This document shows, piece after piece, positions 1 to 10,714 of a stretch of DNA of 64,000 nt (positions are counted from its first letter, which is position 1; each line of letters opens with the position of its first letter). Source of the stretch: Planctomycetales bacterium (GTDB lineage: Bacteria; 4484-113). The notes under the pieces are model-generated. The model had not been told where the DNA came from. It did no database searches and saw only the letters and a program-made list of their open reading frames with translations. The stretch covers positions 256,001 to 320,000 of the forward strand of contig JBBIRS010000001.1 of assembly GCA_037441675.1 (NCBI GenBank). The letters are read 5' to 3'. A program made the position numbers and the translations under genes.

Positions 1-7
1 TTGGCAT

Positions 8-883
8 ATGATAGATTCCCATTACGCTCTCACTAACTTCAATGGTTACAATGCCACTTATCTCGGGGCAGGTTTTCAATTCACACCCAATCCCGGTTTC
101 ATTTGGAATCTAAAGTACCAGTCTCTTGAGAATTCCTATGATGTCAGGAAGGCTAGTGCTTTCTTTGAGGAGTACTTTTTGCTTGAGGGACACTATCAAC
201 CCAATAACGATGTTCTCGTAGAAGGTGACCTAAGGTTTTTAGACCACAATCGTCGGAGAACTCCAGGAAGTAGTTACGACGAAGACCGATTCCGTCTGCG
301 TTACAATCGTTCATTTAGTGAAAGCGCGGATGGCGATTTCCGCTTTGAATGGAAGAACAAGGATTTTGATGTTGCAAGTCCGAACGATTTTACTTACCTT
401 CGTTGGCAAGCATACTTAAACTTTTACCCAAGCGAGAGATTGCGCTGGTATTACAACTTTGATTTTTACGACTACGATTACTCAAGTCTAGCACGCAGTT
501 ACAATAGAATGTACAATCGGCTGGGTTTTAATTATCACTTTGCGAACGGCGTGTTATGGACATCTGAGTTCGCCCTCACCGATCAGAACTACTCCACAAA
601 CAGCGCAAGAAACTATACCATCACTGATTTTCTTGCTGATCTGTACGTTCCCATAAGTCGTAGGGATAATCTTCGCTTCTTTTTAACGCTAAGCAGGCTT
701 GACCAATCCGCACATCTCTCAGTGAATGATTACACTGCGACTGATTTTGGTGTTGAATACACATGTAGATTATCTGAAAATTACCGCTTGAAGCTCATTT
801 ATACTTACGACCGAAGAGACTACAAGAATCAGGCTGATATTAGAGATACCGCCTTTGAGACTAGGCTTAACTTTGATTTCTAA
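8..883 (+). CDS. Outer-membrane beta-barrel protein, probably 5'-truncated by the window edge
   Basis: Tyr/Phe/Asp-rich alternating beta-strand pattern and C-terminal ...RLNFDF (terminal Phe, BAM beta-signal-like). The frame is open back to position 2. Confidence 0.7.
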   Translation: MIDSHYALTNFNGYNATYLGAGFQFTPNPGFIWNLKYQSLENSYDVRKASAFFEEYFLLEGHYQPNNDVLVEGDLRFLDHNRRRTPGSSYDEDRFRLRYNRSFSESADGDFRFEWKNKDFDVASPNDFTYLRWQAYLNFYPSERLRWYYNFDFYDYDYSSLARSYNRMYNRLGFNYHFANGVLWTSEFALTDQNYSTNSARNYTITDFLADLYVPISRRDNLRFFLTLSRLDQSAHLSVNDYTATDFGVEYTCRLSENYRLKLIYTYDRRDYKNQADIRDTAFETRLNFDF

Positions 884-897
884 GAGGTGAATTTAAT

Positions 898-2856
898 ATG
901 AATGAAGCAAAGAGTAAGAGTTGTTTAAGATTTTTGATTTTTGTTCTGGTTGTTTCTGTATTTGCGGGAGCGATTTCAGCTCAAGAACTCACCGTTCGGA
1001 TAACAAGAATTGCCGGAGCAGTCGAGATAAAAAAAAGTGGCACGCAAAGGTGGGTTCGTGCAGAGGCAGGTACAACAATTAAGAATGGCGATTCCTTAAG
1101 AACCCTGAAAGGTGGCAAGGCACAGTTGGTCTTCCCTCAGAATGTAATTGTGCTTATTAAGGAAAATTCTGTGTTGAACCTAAAAGATTTGAGGGCAGAT
1201 GGTGGAAGCAAGGTCAAAACCCTTGTCGGTAGTTTTCTTTTTGACCTTAAGAAAGCTCTATCACCAGGCTCATCCTTTGAGGTTGAAACGCCATCCGCAT
1301 TAGCTGTCGTGCGAGGAACGAAGTTCGGTGATGATGTTGGCTTTGATGGCTCGACTGTCTTTACTGGCTATGAAGACACGGTTGAGATTATTGCGCAAGG
1401 AATTTCAAGAACGCTGGAAGAAGGATTTGAAATTGAAGTGAAACCAGATGAACCACCCGGCGAGCCTCAGGCTACCGATAAAACCTGGGAAGAGGTATTT
1501 ACAGCTGAAGATGTAGAGTATCCCACGGCGGAGGAGTACATCTCCCAATTCTCCTTCCTCGCCACACAATTCGAGGAGCTTTCAGGCATAGTTAGGCGTT
1601 TTTACGAGGAATTCCAGCGTTACGAGCTTGAAGGGGATCTGCCTAAAATGTCCTCTGTCTATTACAACATTCAACCCTACAGAGAGACCTTTGGCAGGCT
1701 GAATGAGAATTACGATACCTTGTATTCAAGCCTTAGCCAGGACCCTTACTTCTCTTGGATTCCAGCGAGTACCTCACCCCTAAATGGCACAGAGGAGTCA
1801 GGGCAAACGATACAGGGATACATTTCTCGTATTAATCAATACCAGGATGAGATTAACAACGCACTTTCTTACATCTTCACTCAGATAGAGGAATACACCG
1901 TCTCTACTGAGGATGTTTTGGATGAGCAAAGAGGCAACATAGAGTCCCGTGATCCTGAGCGAGACGTTCGTTACAGCACGTTTGACACTGACAACGATGG
2001 CGTTCCCGATGTAGTGGAGAGTGCGCTTGGTGTAGAGCCTGGCTCTGAAGAACCCATCATACAGCTTATCTCTCCCGATGACGGTGCGGAGTTTTTCTAC
2101 CCAGATGTCGCGTTTATAAATTTTGAGTTTTCAGTCTCTGATGACACTTACTTTTCAAGCTTTGAGCTTGTTCTTTCAGCAGGTGGTGTTACCTCGACTA
2201 AAACTTTCAGCGGGTTTTCTATGGATATCTCAATTCCTGAGCTTGTGGAGGGTCCTCCCTCATTTCTGAGCCTTCTTCAGGACGGCGAATCGGTTGAGTT
2301 CTCCTGGTACGTTCGTGGCAATTTTGATTTTGAGTTGTTCTCCCAGAGCCAAATCACTCAGGAAACCGCATCACTTCGCCAGGCATCTTCCATACCGATT
2401 TTAAGCGAGACTAGGTCATTCACCCTGACACACGCTCCTGTTGGAGCTGTTGTAGACCTGAGTTTAAGCGTGGTAGGTCCCTCTACTGTCCATGTAGGTG
2501 AACAAGTCACAGTTAGACTTGATTTTAGCGATGTTACTGGCTTGACAAGGTGGGAAATTGCCCTAAGGTATGATCCCTCCCTTCTTGAGTTTGACACCGG
2601 CAGGAAGACAGGCTTGACCTCCGGTTCCACGCTATTCTTTGGTGAAGATAGCCTTGGGGTACTCGCAATTTCAGGTGAAATTCCTCAAGGCTCTGCACCA
2701 ATTAGTGGTAGCGGTCCGTTTGCAGAGATTGTCTTTTTAGCTAGAAACTCAGGTTTAGCAAGCATTGACTTCGGCAGGGTAGAGCTGGAAGGCGTCGGTG
2801 GGGCAAGTATCCCTATAGGTGCGCTTGCTGGAACGGAGGTAAATATTAGCGGGTAA
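898..2856 (+). CDS. Secreted FecR-domain protein with C-terminal cohesin-like domain
   Basis: Signal peptide; FecR motifs GDSLRT and FEVETPSALAVVRGTKF; DTDNDGVPD Ca-binding-like motif; C-terminal VGEQVTVRL...LRYDPSLLEF cohesin-like sandwich. Confidence 0.75.
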   Translation: MNEAKSKSCLRFLIFVLVVSVFAGAISAQELTVRITRIAGAVEIKKSGTQRWVRAEAGTTIKNGDSLRTLKGGKAQLVFPQNVIVLIKENSVLNLKDLRADGGSKVKTLVGSFLFDLKKALSPGSSFEVETPSALAVVRGTKFGDDVGFDGSTVFTGYEDTVEIIAQGISRTLEEGFEIEVKPDEPPGEPQATDKTWEEVFTAEDVEYPTAEEYISQFSFLATQFEELSGIVRRFYEEFQRYELEGDLPKMSSVYYNIQPYRETFGRLNENYDTLYSSLSQDPYFSWIPASTSPLNGTEESGQTIQGYISRINQYQDEINNALSYIFTQIEEYTVSTEDVLDEQRGNIESRDPERDVRYSTFDTDNDGVPDVVESALGVEPGSEEPIIQLISPDDGAEFFYPDVAFINFEFSVSDDTYFSSFELVLSAGGVTSTKTFSGFSMDISIPELVEGPPSFLSLLQDGESVEFSWYVRGNFDFELFSQSQITQETASLRQASSIPILSETRSFTLTHAPVGAVVDLSLSVVGPSTVHVGEQVTVRLDFSDVTGLTRWEIALRYDPSLLEFDTGRKTGLTSGSTLFFGEDSLGVLAISGEIPQGSAPISGSGPFAEIVFLARNSGLASIDFGRVELEGVGGASIPIGALAGTEVNISG

Positions 2857-3016
2857 GTAAAACGAAGTTTCATTGAGCTTGGTCTATTATTTGCTTAAAA
2901 CGCCTCACATTTCCTCTATCACAATTTCTTAGATGCAAAGTATCTTTGCAAAGATAGCCTAAATTTTTATTCTATCCTTTAGATAGAAGTTAAGTTATAC
3001 TACTCTTGAAAAGCTT

Positions 3017-4999
3017 ATGCGAGGCAAGCGAAAATACATTGCATTTTTATTCACGGTTCTTGGTCTTCTAATGGCGCTTTCTATAGCTCCGCTGAAGCTT
3101 TGGGAGTTCAGTGAGCACTGGTTTTCTACGCAAGCTTTCAAGTTACGCGGACACAAGGAGCCCGACCCAAGGATAACAATTGTGGGCATTGATGATGCGT
3201 CCTACGAATTTATGGGTGATGTGGGTATAGACTGGCCCTTTCCAAGGAGTATGTGGGCAGATCTTCTAAAGAAGCTCACGGACGCAGGCGCTCGTGTTGT
3301 GGTATTTGATATCCTCTTCTCCGATGAGCCGTGGGATGTTTCAGAGGATGAAGCCTTCCGTACCGCAATAATCAGGGCGCAGAAAAACGGAACAACTGTT
3401 ATCCTTTCAGCAAGTTGGGTGGTAGCCAGTGGCGTGGGTGGTAGTGGTGAACTAGGAGAGCTTGCGTCCCTTGAAATCCCGACCGATACTATAATGGAGG
3501 GAAAGCCGGAAATTGCTGTTGCGTCCGCTCTCACCAAGCTCTCCTATAAAGACAAAGAGCTCGCTTACATTGTTTTTGAAGGACAGCGCTATTATTCCCA
3601 GGCAGTTCAGGCGTATCGCCAAATACTCAAAGACGAGGGTAGGCTTGAAGAGTTTGACCAAAACCCACGAGCCTTTGGTGTAAGCAAGGCGCGGGATTTC
3701 ATTATCAATTATTTTGGTCCCTCAGGCAGCATTCCCATCGTTCCCCTTGCGATGATGTTTCCGGAGCTTCTTGAGGAGAAGGTTTGGGAGAAGCGTGAGG
3801 GTGAAATGCAGGAGATTCGCGCTTCCACCTTCAAAGACGGCATAGTCTTCATCGGGAGCGTTTCCACTGCGGATAACGATTACTTTTGGACGCCATACGA
3901 GAAAATGTTCGGGGTTGAGACTATTGCGCATGCGTTCAATACACTCCTCACAGGCGAGCATATCTATCCCGTTGATTGGAAAGTAAGCGCCATAATTCTT
4001 GCTCTCATCTCGCTACTAACATGGACACTTGTTGTGATGTTAAGACCCCTTCAAGGAATTGCTTTCTTCATTGTTTCATTTTTTATCTATCAGATATTTC
4101 TCTTCGCGATGTTTATCAAGGCAAATTATTTGATGGAGTTCACGGTATCAACCGCATCTTTCTTCACCACCTATTTCTTCACATTAGGATTTAGGGTTTT
4201 CAGCGAAGAGGCGGAAAAACACAGAATTCGCGCCACTTTTGGTCGTTATATGGCTCCCGACATAGTGAAGGAGCTTATTGACAATCCAAAACTTGCGGAA
4301 CTTGGAGGAATTGAGCGTGAGGTTGCGCTACTTTTTACGGATATTAGGAACTACTCCACGATTTCAGAGCCCCTCAATCCTCATGAGACAGTTGAATTCC
4401 TGAACCGCTTCCTTTCCCGAGCATCGGAAGCGATAATGGCAAACGGAGGTTTTGTGGACAAGTTTGTTGGTGATGCAATAATGGCTGTTTTTGGAGCTCC
4501 AGTGCCACTGGAAAATCCATGCGCTTCAGCGGTTAGGTCAGCTCTCGCTATTGTTGAAATCGTTCATCATAATTGGAAAGATATTGTTGGTGACTTGCCA
4601 ATCCCACTTTTCCGCGTAGGGGTTGGAATACATTATGGTAAAGTCGTGATGGGCAACGTGGGTAGCGGTAGGAGAATGGATTACACCTGCATTGGAGATG
4701 TGGTAAATGTTGCCTCTAGGATTGAATCTGAAACAAAGCACTATCGTACCGCCATTCTTATTAGCGAAGATGTTTATAAGCGATTAGGTAACGAGTTCAA
4801 GTGTGAGTATGTTGCAGAGTCTTTGGTTAAAGGTCGAAAGAGTGCGGTTAGTCTGTACAAGGTTATTCACCCGGAGGGAGAAGAGGTAACAGACCTCACC
4901 GAGGCGGTTCTCACCGTAAGCGCAGATACCTCCTACGACCTCACATATGAAGAAGCTCAAGCGAAAGTTCTCACTAATCCACCTCCATCTCAAGCCTAG
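3017..4999 (+). CDS. CHASE2-domain class III adenylate cyclase
   Basis: CHASE2 motifs (IVGIDDAS, WPFPR, GARVVVFDILF, GVETIAHA), TM helices, and cyclase motifs FTDIRNYS, DKFVGDAIMA, DYTCIGDVVNVASRIE. The Lys and Thr specificity residues favour ATP. Confidence 0.9.
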   Translation: MRGKRKYIAFLFTVLGLLMALSIAPLKLWEFSEHWFSTQAFKLRGHKEPDPRITIVGIDDASYEFMGDVGIDWPFPRSMWADLLKKLTDAGARVVVFDILFSDEPWDVSEDEAFRTAIIRAQKNGTTVILSASWVVASGVGGSGELGELASLEIPTDTIMEGKPEIAVASALTKLSYKDKELAYIVFEGQRYYSQAVQAYRQILKDEGRLEEFDQNPRAFGVSKARDFIINYFGPSGSIPIVPLAMMFPELLEEKVWEKREGEMQEIRASTFKDGIVFIGSVSTADNDYFWTPYEKMFGVETIAHAFNTLLTGEHIYPVDWKVSAIILALISLLTWTLVVMLRPLQGIAFFIVSFFIYQIFLFAMFIKANYLMEFTVSTASFFTTYFFTLGFRVFSEEAEKHRIRATFGRYMAPDIVKELIDNPKLAELGGIEREVALLFTDIRNYSTISEPLNPHETVEFLNRFLSRASEAIMANGGFVDKFVGDAIMAVFGAPVPLENPCASAVRSALAIVEIVHHNWKDIVGDLPIPLFRVGVGIHYGKVVMGNVGSGRRMDYTCIGDVVNVASRIESETKHYRTAILISEDVYKRLGNEFKCEYVAESLVKGRKSAVSLYKVIHPEGEEVTDLTEAVLTVSADTSYDLTYEEAQAKVLTNPPPSQA

Positions 5000-7517
5000 C
5001 CCTTAGCCTTGATGTCTCTAACTCAACTCCATCCTCTAACACGCCTTCAATCAGAACAAGCTCCTTAACGTTTCCCGTGACTAGCAGATCAATTTTCCCT
5101 TGCTCAAGCCTATTCAGTAGAGCCCTGTCAATCTGTGATTCATTTGCGAAACCGATTATGAGTCTATCCGCAGGTTTCTTTATTGAGACTTTAAGTTCAC
5201 TTTTAGCTTTTCTAATCAGAGAAAGCGCTTCAATAATTGAATCTCCCATTTCGCTACTATCCTTATCGTAAGCACCGTTGAACTCCTCCTGAGATGGCCA
5301 AGTTGTTAGATGAATGCTAGCCTTTTCACTGAACCTGTGAAAGTACCAGTGCCAAATTTCCTCAGTTATAAACGGCAAAAACGGCGCGAATAGTCTTAGG
5401 ATGCTCTCTAGGGCTTTGAATAGCGTCAGCTTAGCAGATGTTTGGAGTTTATTTCTCTGATTTTCCGTTACCTGAAGAAGGGCATCCCCGTAAAGTCTTC
5501 CCTTTGCAATCTCTAAGAAATTATCACAAAAGTCTTGCCAGAAAAACGCCTCCACGTGTTCCAATGCTTCTGCGAATTCATACTGTTCAAAGGCTTTTGT
5601 AGCTTTATCAATTGTTTGAACCAACTTGCCAATTAACCACCTATCTAAGGGATGGTTTATTTCCTGAGACAGGTCAAGATTTCCAGGCGTGAAGTCCGCA
5701 AGGTGCAGATGTGAGAGCTTGCTGGCGTTGTAAATCTTAGTAATTAACCTTTTTCCGCTAGCAAGATTCTCCGTAGGGTCTTGCAAGTTGATGAATGTAT
5801 CTGTTCCTAGCCTTGTCTGACCTGCCCAATGACGCACAACATCAGCGGAGAACTGTTCTATTATTTGTTTAGGCTTAACAGTCTCACTCTTACTCTTACT
5901 AATTTTTGTCCTTGATGAATCAAGGGCATGTCCACTTATCATCAAATCGTACCATGGAATATCTTTATTATGGAGATAAGCTTTCACTATGGTGTAAAAA
6001 GCCCATGTTCTAATAATATCGTGGGCTTGAGGTCTTAGCGTCATTGGAAAGAGAATGTTGCTTCTGTCGTCATTTTCGCCCCATTTTGCGTTAATCTGGG
6101 GTGTAAGTGAGCTTGTCGCCCAAGTGTCAAAAACGTCCTTCTCAGGGACGAACTCATCCTTACCGCACTTTGGACACTTTTCAATTCCGGGGGAATCACG
6201 AAGGGGATTAACCGGCAGATTCTCCCCCCGTGCAGGGATAACTTCGTCACAGTGCGCACAGTACCAAATCGGGAATGGCACCCCATAGTACCTCTGCCTG
6301 CTTATGCACCAATCCCATCTTAGGTTTTCCACCCAATGTTTGTATCTAACAAACATATGCGGGGGATACCACCTACACTTCTCTCCATAGCGAACAAGCT
6401 CATCCTTCTTGTCCAAAACTTTCACGAACCACTGCTTATTCAGCAAAAATTCAAGGGGTGTTCCGCACCTTTCATGGGCTGAAATGGTGTGCGTAATCCT
6501 TTCGGTTTCAATAAGAAGCTTCTGTTCGCTTAGGGTATTTACTATCCTTTTTCTGGCATCTCTCAGAGAAAAACCTTGAAACTCGCCCGCAAGCTCATTC
6601 ATCCTGCCAAAAGTATCAACCACAATCCTTGTCTCAAGGTTATACTCCTGCCACCACTCAATGTCAACCGTGTCGCCAAAGGTGCAGCACATTACAATTC
6701 CAGTCCCCTTCTCAGGATTTACCTTGGCATCCTCCAAAACTGGCACTTTAAGCCCAAAGTACGGGGTTACCAAGTATTTGCCTTTTAGGTGCGAATATCT
6801 TTCATCGCCAGGGTGATAAAATACCGCCACACACGCGGGTAAAAGTTCCGGTCTAGTAGTTGCAATTGGGACTTTCTTGCCATCTTCAGTTAGAAAGCAG
6901 ATTTTATGGAATTCGCTAGCCTCCTCTTTATCTTCAACTTCCGCTTGAGCTATGGCAGTCCTGCATTCGGTGCACCAAAGTGTTGGCGCTTCTTTTCTAT
7001 AAACTTCTCCACTCTTTAGAAGCTCAAGAAAGCTTCTCTGGGATATTCTTCTCGACCTTTCATCAATGGTTGAATAGACCTCATTCCAATCGCAGGATAA
7101 GCCTACATCCTGCCATAGATCCTTAAAAGCTTTTTCTTGCTCTTTGCTAACCTCAAGGCAAAGTTCCCAAAAATCTTCTCGCGGCATATCCATCGCTTTA
7201 ACGCATTTGACACGCTCGACTAGCCTTTCGGTGGGCAAGCCGTTGTCATCAAACCCAAAGGGGTAGAATATTTTGAACCCTCGCATTCTCTTGTAACGCA
7301 CAATAAAGTCCTGGTGCGTATAGGAAAAGACGTGCCCAATGTGGAGGTCGCCTGAAACGGTTGGCGGTGGAGTATCAACTGAATAGATTTCTTCCCGATT
7401 GCTAGATGGCTCATAGACGTAAATATTCTTCTCCTCCCAAAATTTGCGCCACTTCCTCTCCGATGCTCCTGCATCGTAAATTTTTGGGATTTCTTGAGTT
7501 GTTTCTACCTTACTCAT
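4974..7517 (-). CDS. valS: Valyl-tRNA synthetase, type 2 / archaeal-like
   Basis: DTPPPTVSGDLHIGH, GFDDNGLPTER, DWCISRQR and KISKS (KMSKS) motifs; no long C-terminal coiled coil. Confidence 0.95.
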   Translation of the reverse strand: MSKVETTQEIPKIYDAGASERKWRKFWEEKNIYVYEPSSNREEIYSVDTPPPTVSGDLHIGHVFSYTHQDFIVRYKRMRGFKIFYPFGFDDNGLPTERLVERVKCVKAMDMPREDFWELCLEVSKEQEKAFKDLWQDVGLSCDWNEVYSTIDERSRRISQRSFLELLKSGEVYRKEAPTLWCTECRTAIAQAEVEDKEEASEFHKICFLTEDGKKVPIATTRPELLPACVAVFYHPGDERYSHLKGKYLVTPYFGLKVPVLEDAKVNPEKGTGIVMCCTFGDTVDIEWWQEYNLETRIVVDTFGRMNELAGEFQGFSLRDARKRIVNTLSEQKLLIETERITHTISAHERCGTPLEFLLNKQWFVKVLDKKDELVRYGEKCRWYPPHMFVRYKHWVENLRWDWCISRQRYYGVPFPIWYCAHCDEVIPARGENLPVNPLRDSPGIEKCPKCGKDEFVPEKDVFDTWATSSLTPQINAKWGENDDRSNILFPMTLRPQAHDIIRTWAFYTIVKAYLHNKDIPWYDLMISGHALDSSRTKISKSKSETVKPKQIIEQFSADVVRHWAGQTRLGTDTFINLQDPTENLASGKRLITKIYNASKLSHLHLADFTPGNLDLSQEINHPLDRWLIGKLVQTIDKATKAFEQYEFAEALEHVEAFFWQDFCDNFLEIAKGRLYGDALLQVTENQRNKLQTSAKLTLFKALESILRLFAPFLPFITEEIWHWYFHRFSEKASIHLTTWPSQEEFNGAYDKDSSEMGDSIIEALSLIRKAKSELKVSIKKPADRLIIGFANESQIDRALLNRLEQGKIDLLVTGNVKELVLIEGVLEDGVELETSRLRARLEMEVD

Positions 7518-7734
7518 TCCGCAACATTTTTAATATGAAATATTCAGACTAGCTTTGCAAATCTTAAATTTTACCACAAGCTTTTTCGCCTTCTTCTCGG
7601 CTCAAATCTCATGCTGATATTCGGCTCCCACTGATACTTAAGCTGAAAGGTTGCAAGTCCAGCTTCTAGCATATGATATTATTTTTTTGCTTTGGTATAA
7701 TTTCCATTTAGGGCTAGTGTCGCATTCAGTGAAA

Positions 7735-8331
7735 ATGGACTCATATAACGACCTGGAAGATTGGCGCTTATTTTCAGATTTAACGCTGGAAAATCGCGCT
7801 AAGATAATACAGAAATATCAGCCGTTAGTTTTCCATATATATCACACCTTTTTCCCTAAGCGTTCCTCTGAATCCATAGATATAATCTCCGAAGGTACAC
7901 TTGGCCTAATTGAGGCGGTTGACACTTATGATATTTCCAGGGGAGCAAAGTTCAAAACCTATGCCTTCTACAAAATCAAGGGCAAGATGCTTGACTACCT
8001 AAGAGCGCGAAGGCGATTACTCGGATTCTCAATGCCAAGAGACAAAGATACCCTCCTCCGTTCTCTAAATGTTTCAAGCTCTATAGATATGAGTGAGCTA
8101 GATGCGGTTATTTTGGTGGAAACGTTATTGAACGAACTAACTCCCTCTGAGCGAAGCGTAATGGAGCTTATTTACTCGGAAGGAATTAGCCAGGAAGAGG
8201 TTGCGAAGCGACTTGGCTGTACCCCTGCCAACGTCTCTATCCTTAAAAAGCGGGCTCTCTCCCGCCTTAGAAGCAGACTGTTAGACAAACTAACCCGAAA
8301 AGAGAAAAAAGCTTACGGAGTTAGTTACTAG
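7735..8331 (+). CDS. Sigma-70 family alternative sigma factor (FliA/WhiG-like region 2 plus region 4)
   Basis: EGTLGLIEAVDTYDISRGAKFKTYAFYKIKGKMLDYLR and HTH SQEEVAKRLGCTPANVS. Start moved from the TTG at 7651 to the ATG at 7735. Confidence 0.85.
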   Translation: MDSYNDLEDWRLFSDLTLENRAKIIQKYQPLVFHIYHTFFPKRSSESIDIISEGTLGLIEAVDTYDISRGAKFKTYAFYKIKGKMLDYLRARRRLLGFSMPRDKDTLLRSLNVSSSIDMSELDAVILVETLLNELTPSERSVMELIYSEGISQEEVAKRLGCTPANVSILKKRALSRLRSRLLDKLTRKEKKAYGVSY

Positions 8332-8335
8332 TGAT

Positions 8336-10714
8336 GTGAACATTCGCCTTCACAATAAAAGAATCTTAATCTGTCTATGTTTCATTCTTTTATCACTCTC
8401 TATTGACGTTCCATCCACCGCTGGCTCAACTGCTAAAATTCTAGAAAACCTACAATTTTCTGTATATACGGGCTTTTCAGGGTACGCCAATCCGCTTGCG
8501 TTTTATGCCCTTAGGCTAAGTGAAAAGAACGTTCCTACCTCAACAACCTCATTTAATGACCTTGGCTTAACCCCGCTGGTGCTATCAGTTAAAAACATAA
8601 GCAACATCAATATTCCCTTAGAAGTTGCAATTTACAATCACTCTCTGCCTTTCGGGATGAAAGAAGAAGAGGCAGTATCCTGGCTTACTAGATTTCTTCG
8701 GCTCGAAGAGAAGGGGGAGGAAGAGGCAAAGGGTAGCGCTGAGGAAGCTCTCCAGGTGGTAGAAGGAAATACTGAAAAAGGAAGAGCCGGCAGCTCCCAA
8801 AGGGAGGCTGAATCAATGCCATCTCCCAAGGGCGTGCGGGAAATTCTCGCCCACAATCGCTTTTCTCTTTCCACCCTCCATACGACCCTTGTAAGACGCG
8901 AGGGAATAGTTGCTCGCAAGAAGTCACAGGAAAATTTTTCCTTTCCGTTAAGCGTGTATGCGACTAATCCTAACCAACAAACAGTTGGCTTCACGCTGGA
9001 TATCCTCTTTGAAGGGGAGATAATCCACCGTGAAAAACTTGTGGTGAAATTGCTTGAACCAGATAGTATCTACTCTTTGCTTCTTTCAGAAGTGGATAGT
9101 AAAGAGATATTACGCTCCTCCAAGGAATTATCCCTTGCCACACCTGTGACGAAGATGCTCTATCGTCCCGTCTCAATTAAGCACGGCATAGTTACAGCTA
9201 GTTTAAGTAAGGTTGGCTCAAACCCCGATGTCTTTCGGCACTTTCAGTATGTCCTTATTGAAAATGCGTTTTGGCAAAGCCTTGAATCCGATGATAAAAG
9301 TTATTTAAGGGAAGTGGTTGCCTCAGGAGCACGTCTCGTCATCTTTAACTCACCTGAGTCGATAATCGTTGACTCAAAGCTCTTTCGGCCTTCAAAGAAG
9401 CTAAAGCTGGAGAACTTCGGGTTTGGTGGTATCTGTGTAACCCCTTTGAATCTTCAAGAGCTTCAGGAAGAGATATTGGAAGAGTTACTCAAACGTTTCA
9501 ACTTTGCGGTTAAGTTATACCAAAAGAAAGCTCAGGAAATTCCAAAAGACAGAGCGGAGTATAGGCTTGGATTGTCTTCTGACGAGATATTACTGCCGGG
9601 GGTAAATCTCGTTTCATCACTTGACCCTACATTCCTGCCTGTTCTTCTGCTATGGATCTCAAACTACCAGTTTCTTCCCGATCTTTTCCAACTTCTAGAA
9701 GCGGATAGTTTACAGTTTAAGCCAGGCAACCCGCAAGAAATATCTTCTGAGTTAGCAAGGGACAGCACCAACCTAACTATCCCTAGAATTTTCTACCGCA
9801 CCCACTATTTCCCATCCGTGAAGAGTCTTATTATCTCTGTAACTCAATTCTCCCTTCTTCTTTTTTTAATACTCTTGCTCTTACTGCTACGAGTTAGGAT
9901 GGCTCTCCTTGTGCTAATGATACTTATACTTAGCATATTTAGTATATTCGCCATAAAGCTCGGCATACGTGCGATAAGTCCTGAAAATGTGTCTGCGATT
10001 ATTCTAGAGTTTAGTCAAGGCTCAAACTTAACGAGAAAGAATGAGATTGAAAGGCTGATAACACTGTTCTCCGAGCGTAGAACCTCTATTGATGTAGAGT
10101 TAACGGGGAAGGATATTGCGCTAAAGAGCGTCACCCCAATAACAAAACAAGATTTTCAAATGGTAGTTGAACAGCAATCTCACGCCACACTTCAGGATAT
10201 AGTTCTCGAACCAGCTCTTCCCACGCAGATAGCCTATAGAACCAAAGGAGCTTCCTCCCCCGGCATCAGAATAGAAGAAGTTAACAAGCAGCTTGGGAGT
10301 TATCGTATTTCTGAAACAAGGGGCGAAGACGTTGATAGGCTCTTTATACTGCGGGGTTCTAGGCTAATTGACCTGGGTAGCTTATCGGCGGGCAAATCCC
10401 TTGAGATTCAATTCGGAAAGCGCAAATCAAATGAAACAGCTGGGGATTTAATTCTCAGCTCAGGTTCTTTGGAGTATTTGAGAGCATTTACTGATGCGGA
10501 AAAATTCAGGTATCTTCAAAGAGGTAGCTCTACCTCAGCTCTCGTTCTTACAACTCTATTATCTACCTTCACAGAAACCTTACTGCCAAAACTTTTGGCT
10601 GAAAGTGGACGAGAACTGATCATCTCTTTCCGTGTAGGAGAACTGAAGGATGAAACTTCCACTTTTGGTGCGGGGAGCGTTTTTGGAAGTGTGTCAATTT
10701 ATTTAATTGAATGA
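8336..10714 (+). CDS. Hypothetical membrane protein (signal peptide, large extracytoplasmic part, two central TM helices)
   Basis: 792-aa ORF starting 4 nt after the sigma gene; hydrophobic segments around aa 495-545. Confidence 0.65.
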   Translation: MNIRLHNKRILICLCFILLSLSIDVPSTAGSTAKILENLQFSVYTGFSGYANPLAFYALRLSEKNVPTSTTSFNDLGLTPLVLSVKNISNINIPLEVAIYNHSLPFGMKEEEAVSWLTRFLRLEEKGEEEAKGSAEEALQVVEGNTEKGRAGSSQREAESMPSPKGVREILAHNRFSLSTLHTTLVRREGIVARKKSQENFSFPLSVYATNPNQQTVGFTLDILFEGEIIHREKLVVKLLEPDSIYSLLLSEVDSKEILRSSKELSLATPVTKMLYRPVSIKHGIVTASLSKVGSNPDVFRHFQYVLIENAFWQSLESDDKSYLREVVASGARLVIFNSPESIIVDSKLFRPSKKLKLENFGFGGICVTPLNLQELQEEILEELLKRFNFAVKLYQKKAQEIPKDRAEYRLGLSSDEILLPGVNLVSSLDPTFLPVLLLWISNYQFLPDLFQLLEADSLQFKPGNPQEISSELARDSTNLTIPRIFYRTHYFPSVKSLIISVTQFSLLLFLILLLLLLRVRMALLVLMILILSIFSIFAIKLGIRAISPENVSAIILEFSQGSNLTRKNEIERLITLFSERRTSIDVELTGKDIALKSVTPITKQDFQMVVEQQSHATLQDIVLEPALPTQIAYRTKGASSPGIRIEEVNKQLGSYRISETRGEDVDRLFILRGSRLIDLGSLSAGKSLEIQFGKRKSNETAGDLILSSGSLEYLRAFTDAEKFRYLQRGSSTSALVLTTLLSTFTETLLPKLLAESGRELIISFRVGELKDETSTFGAGSVFGSVSIYLIE

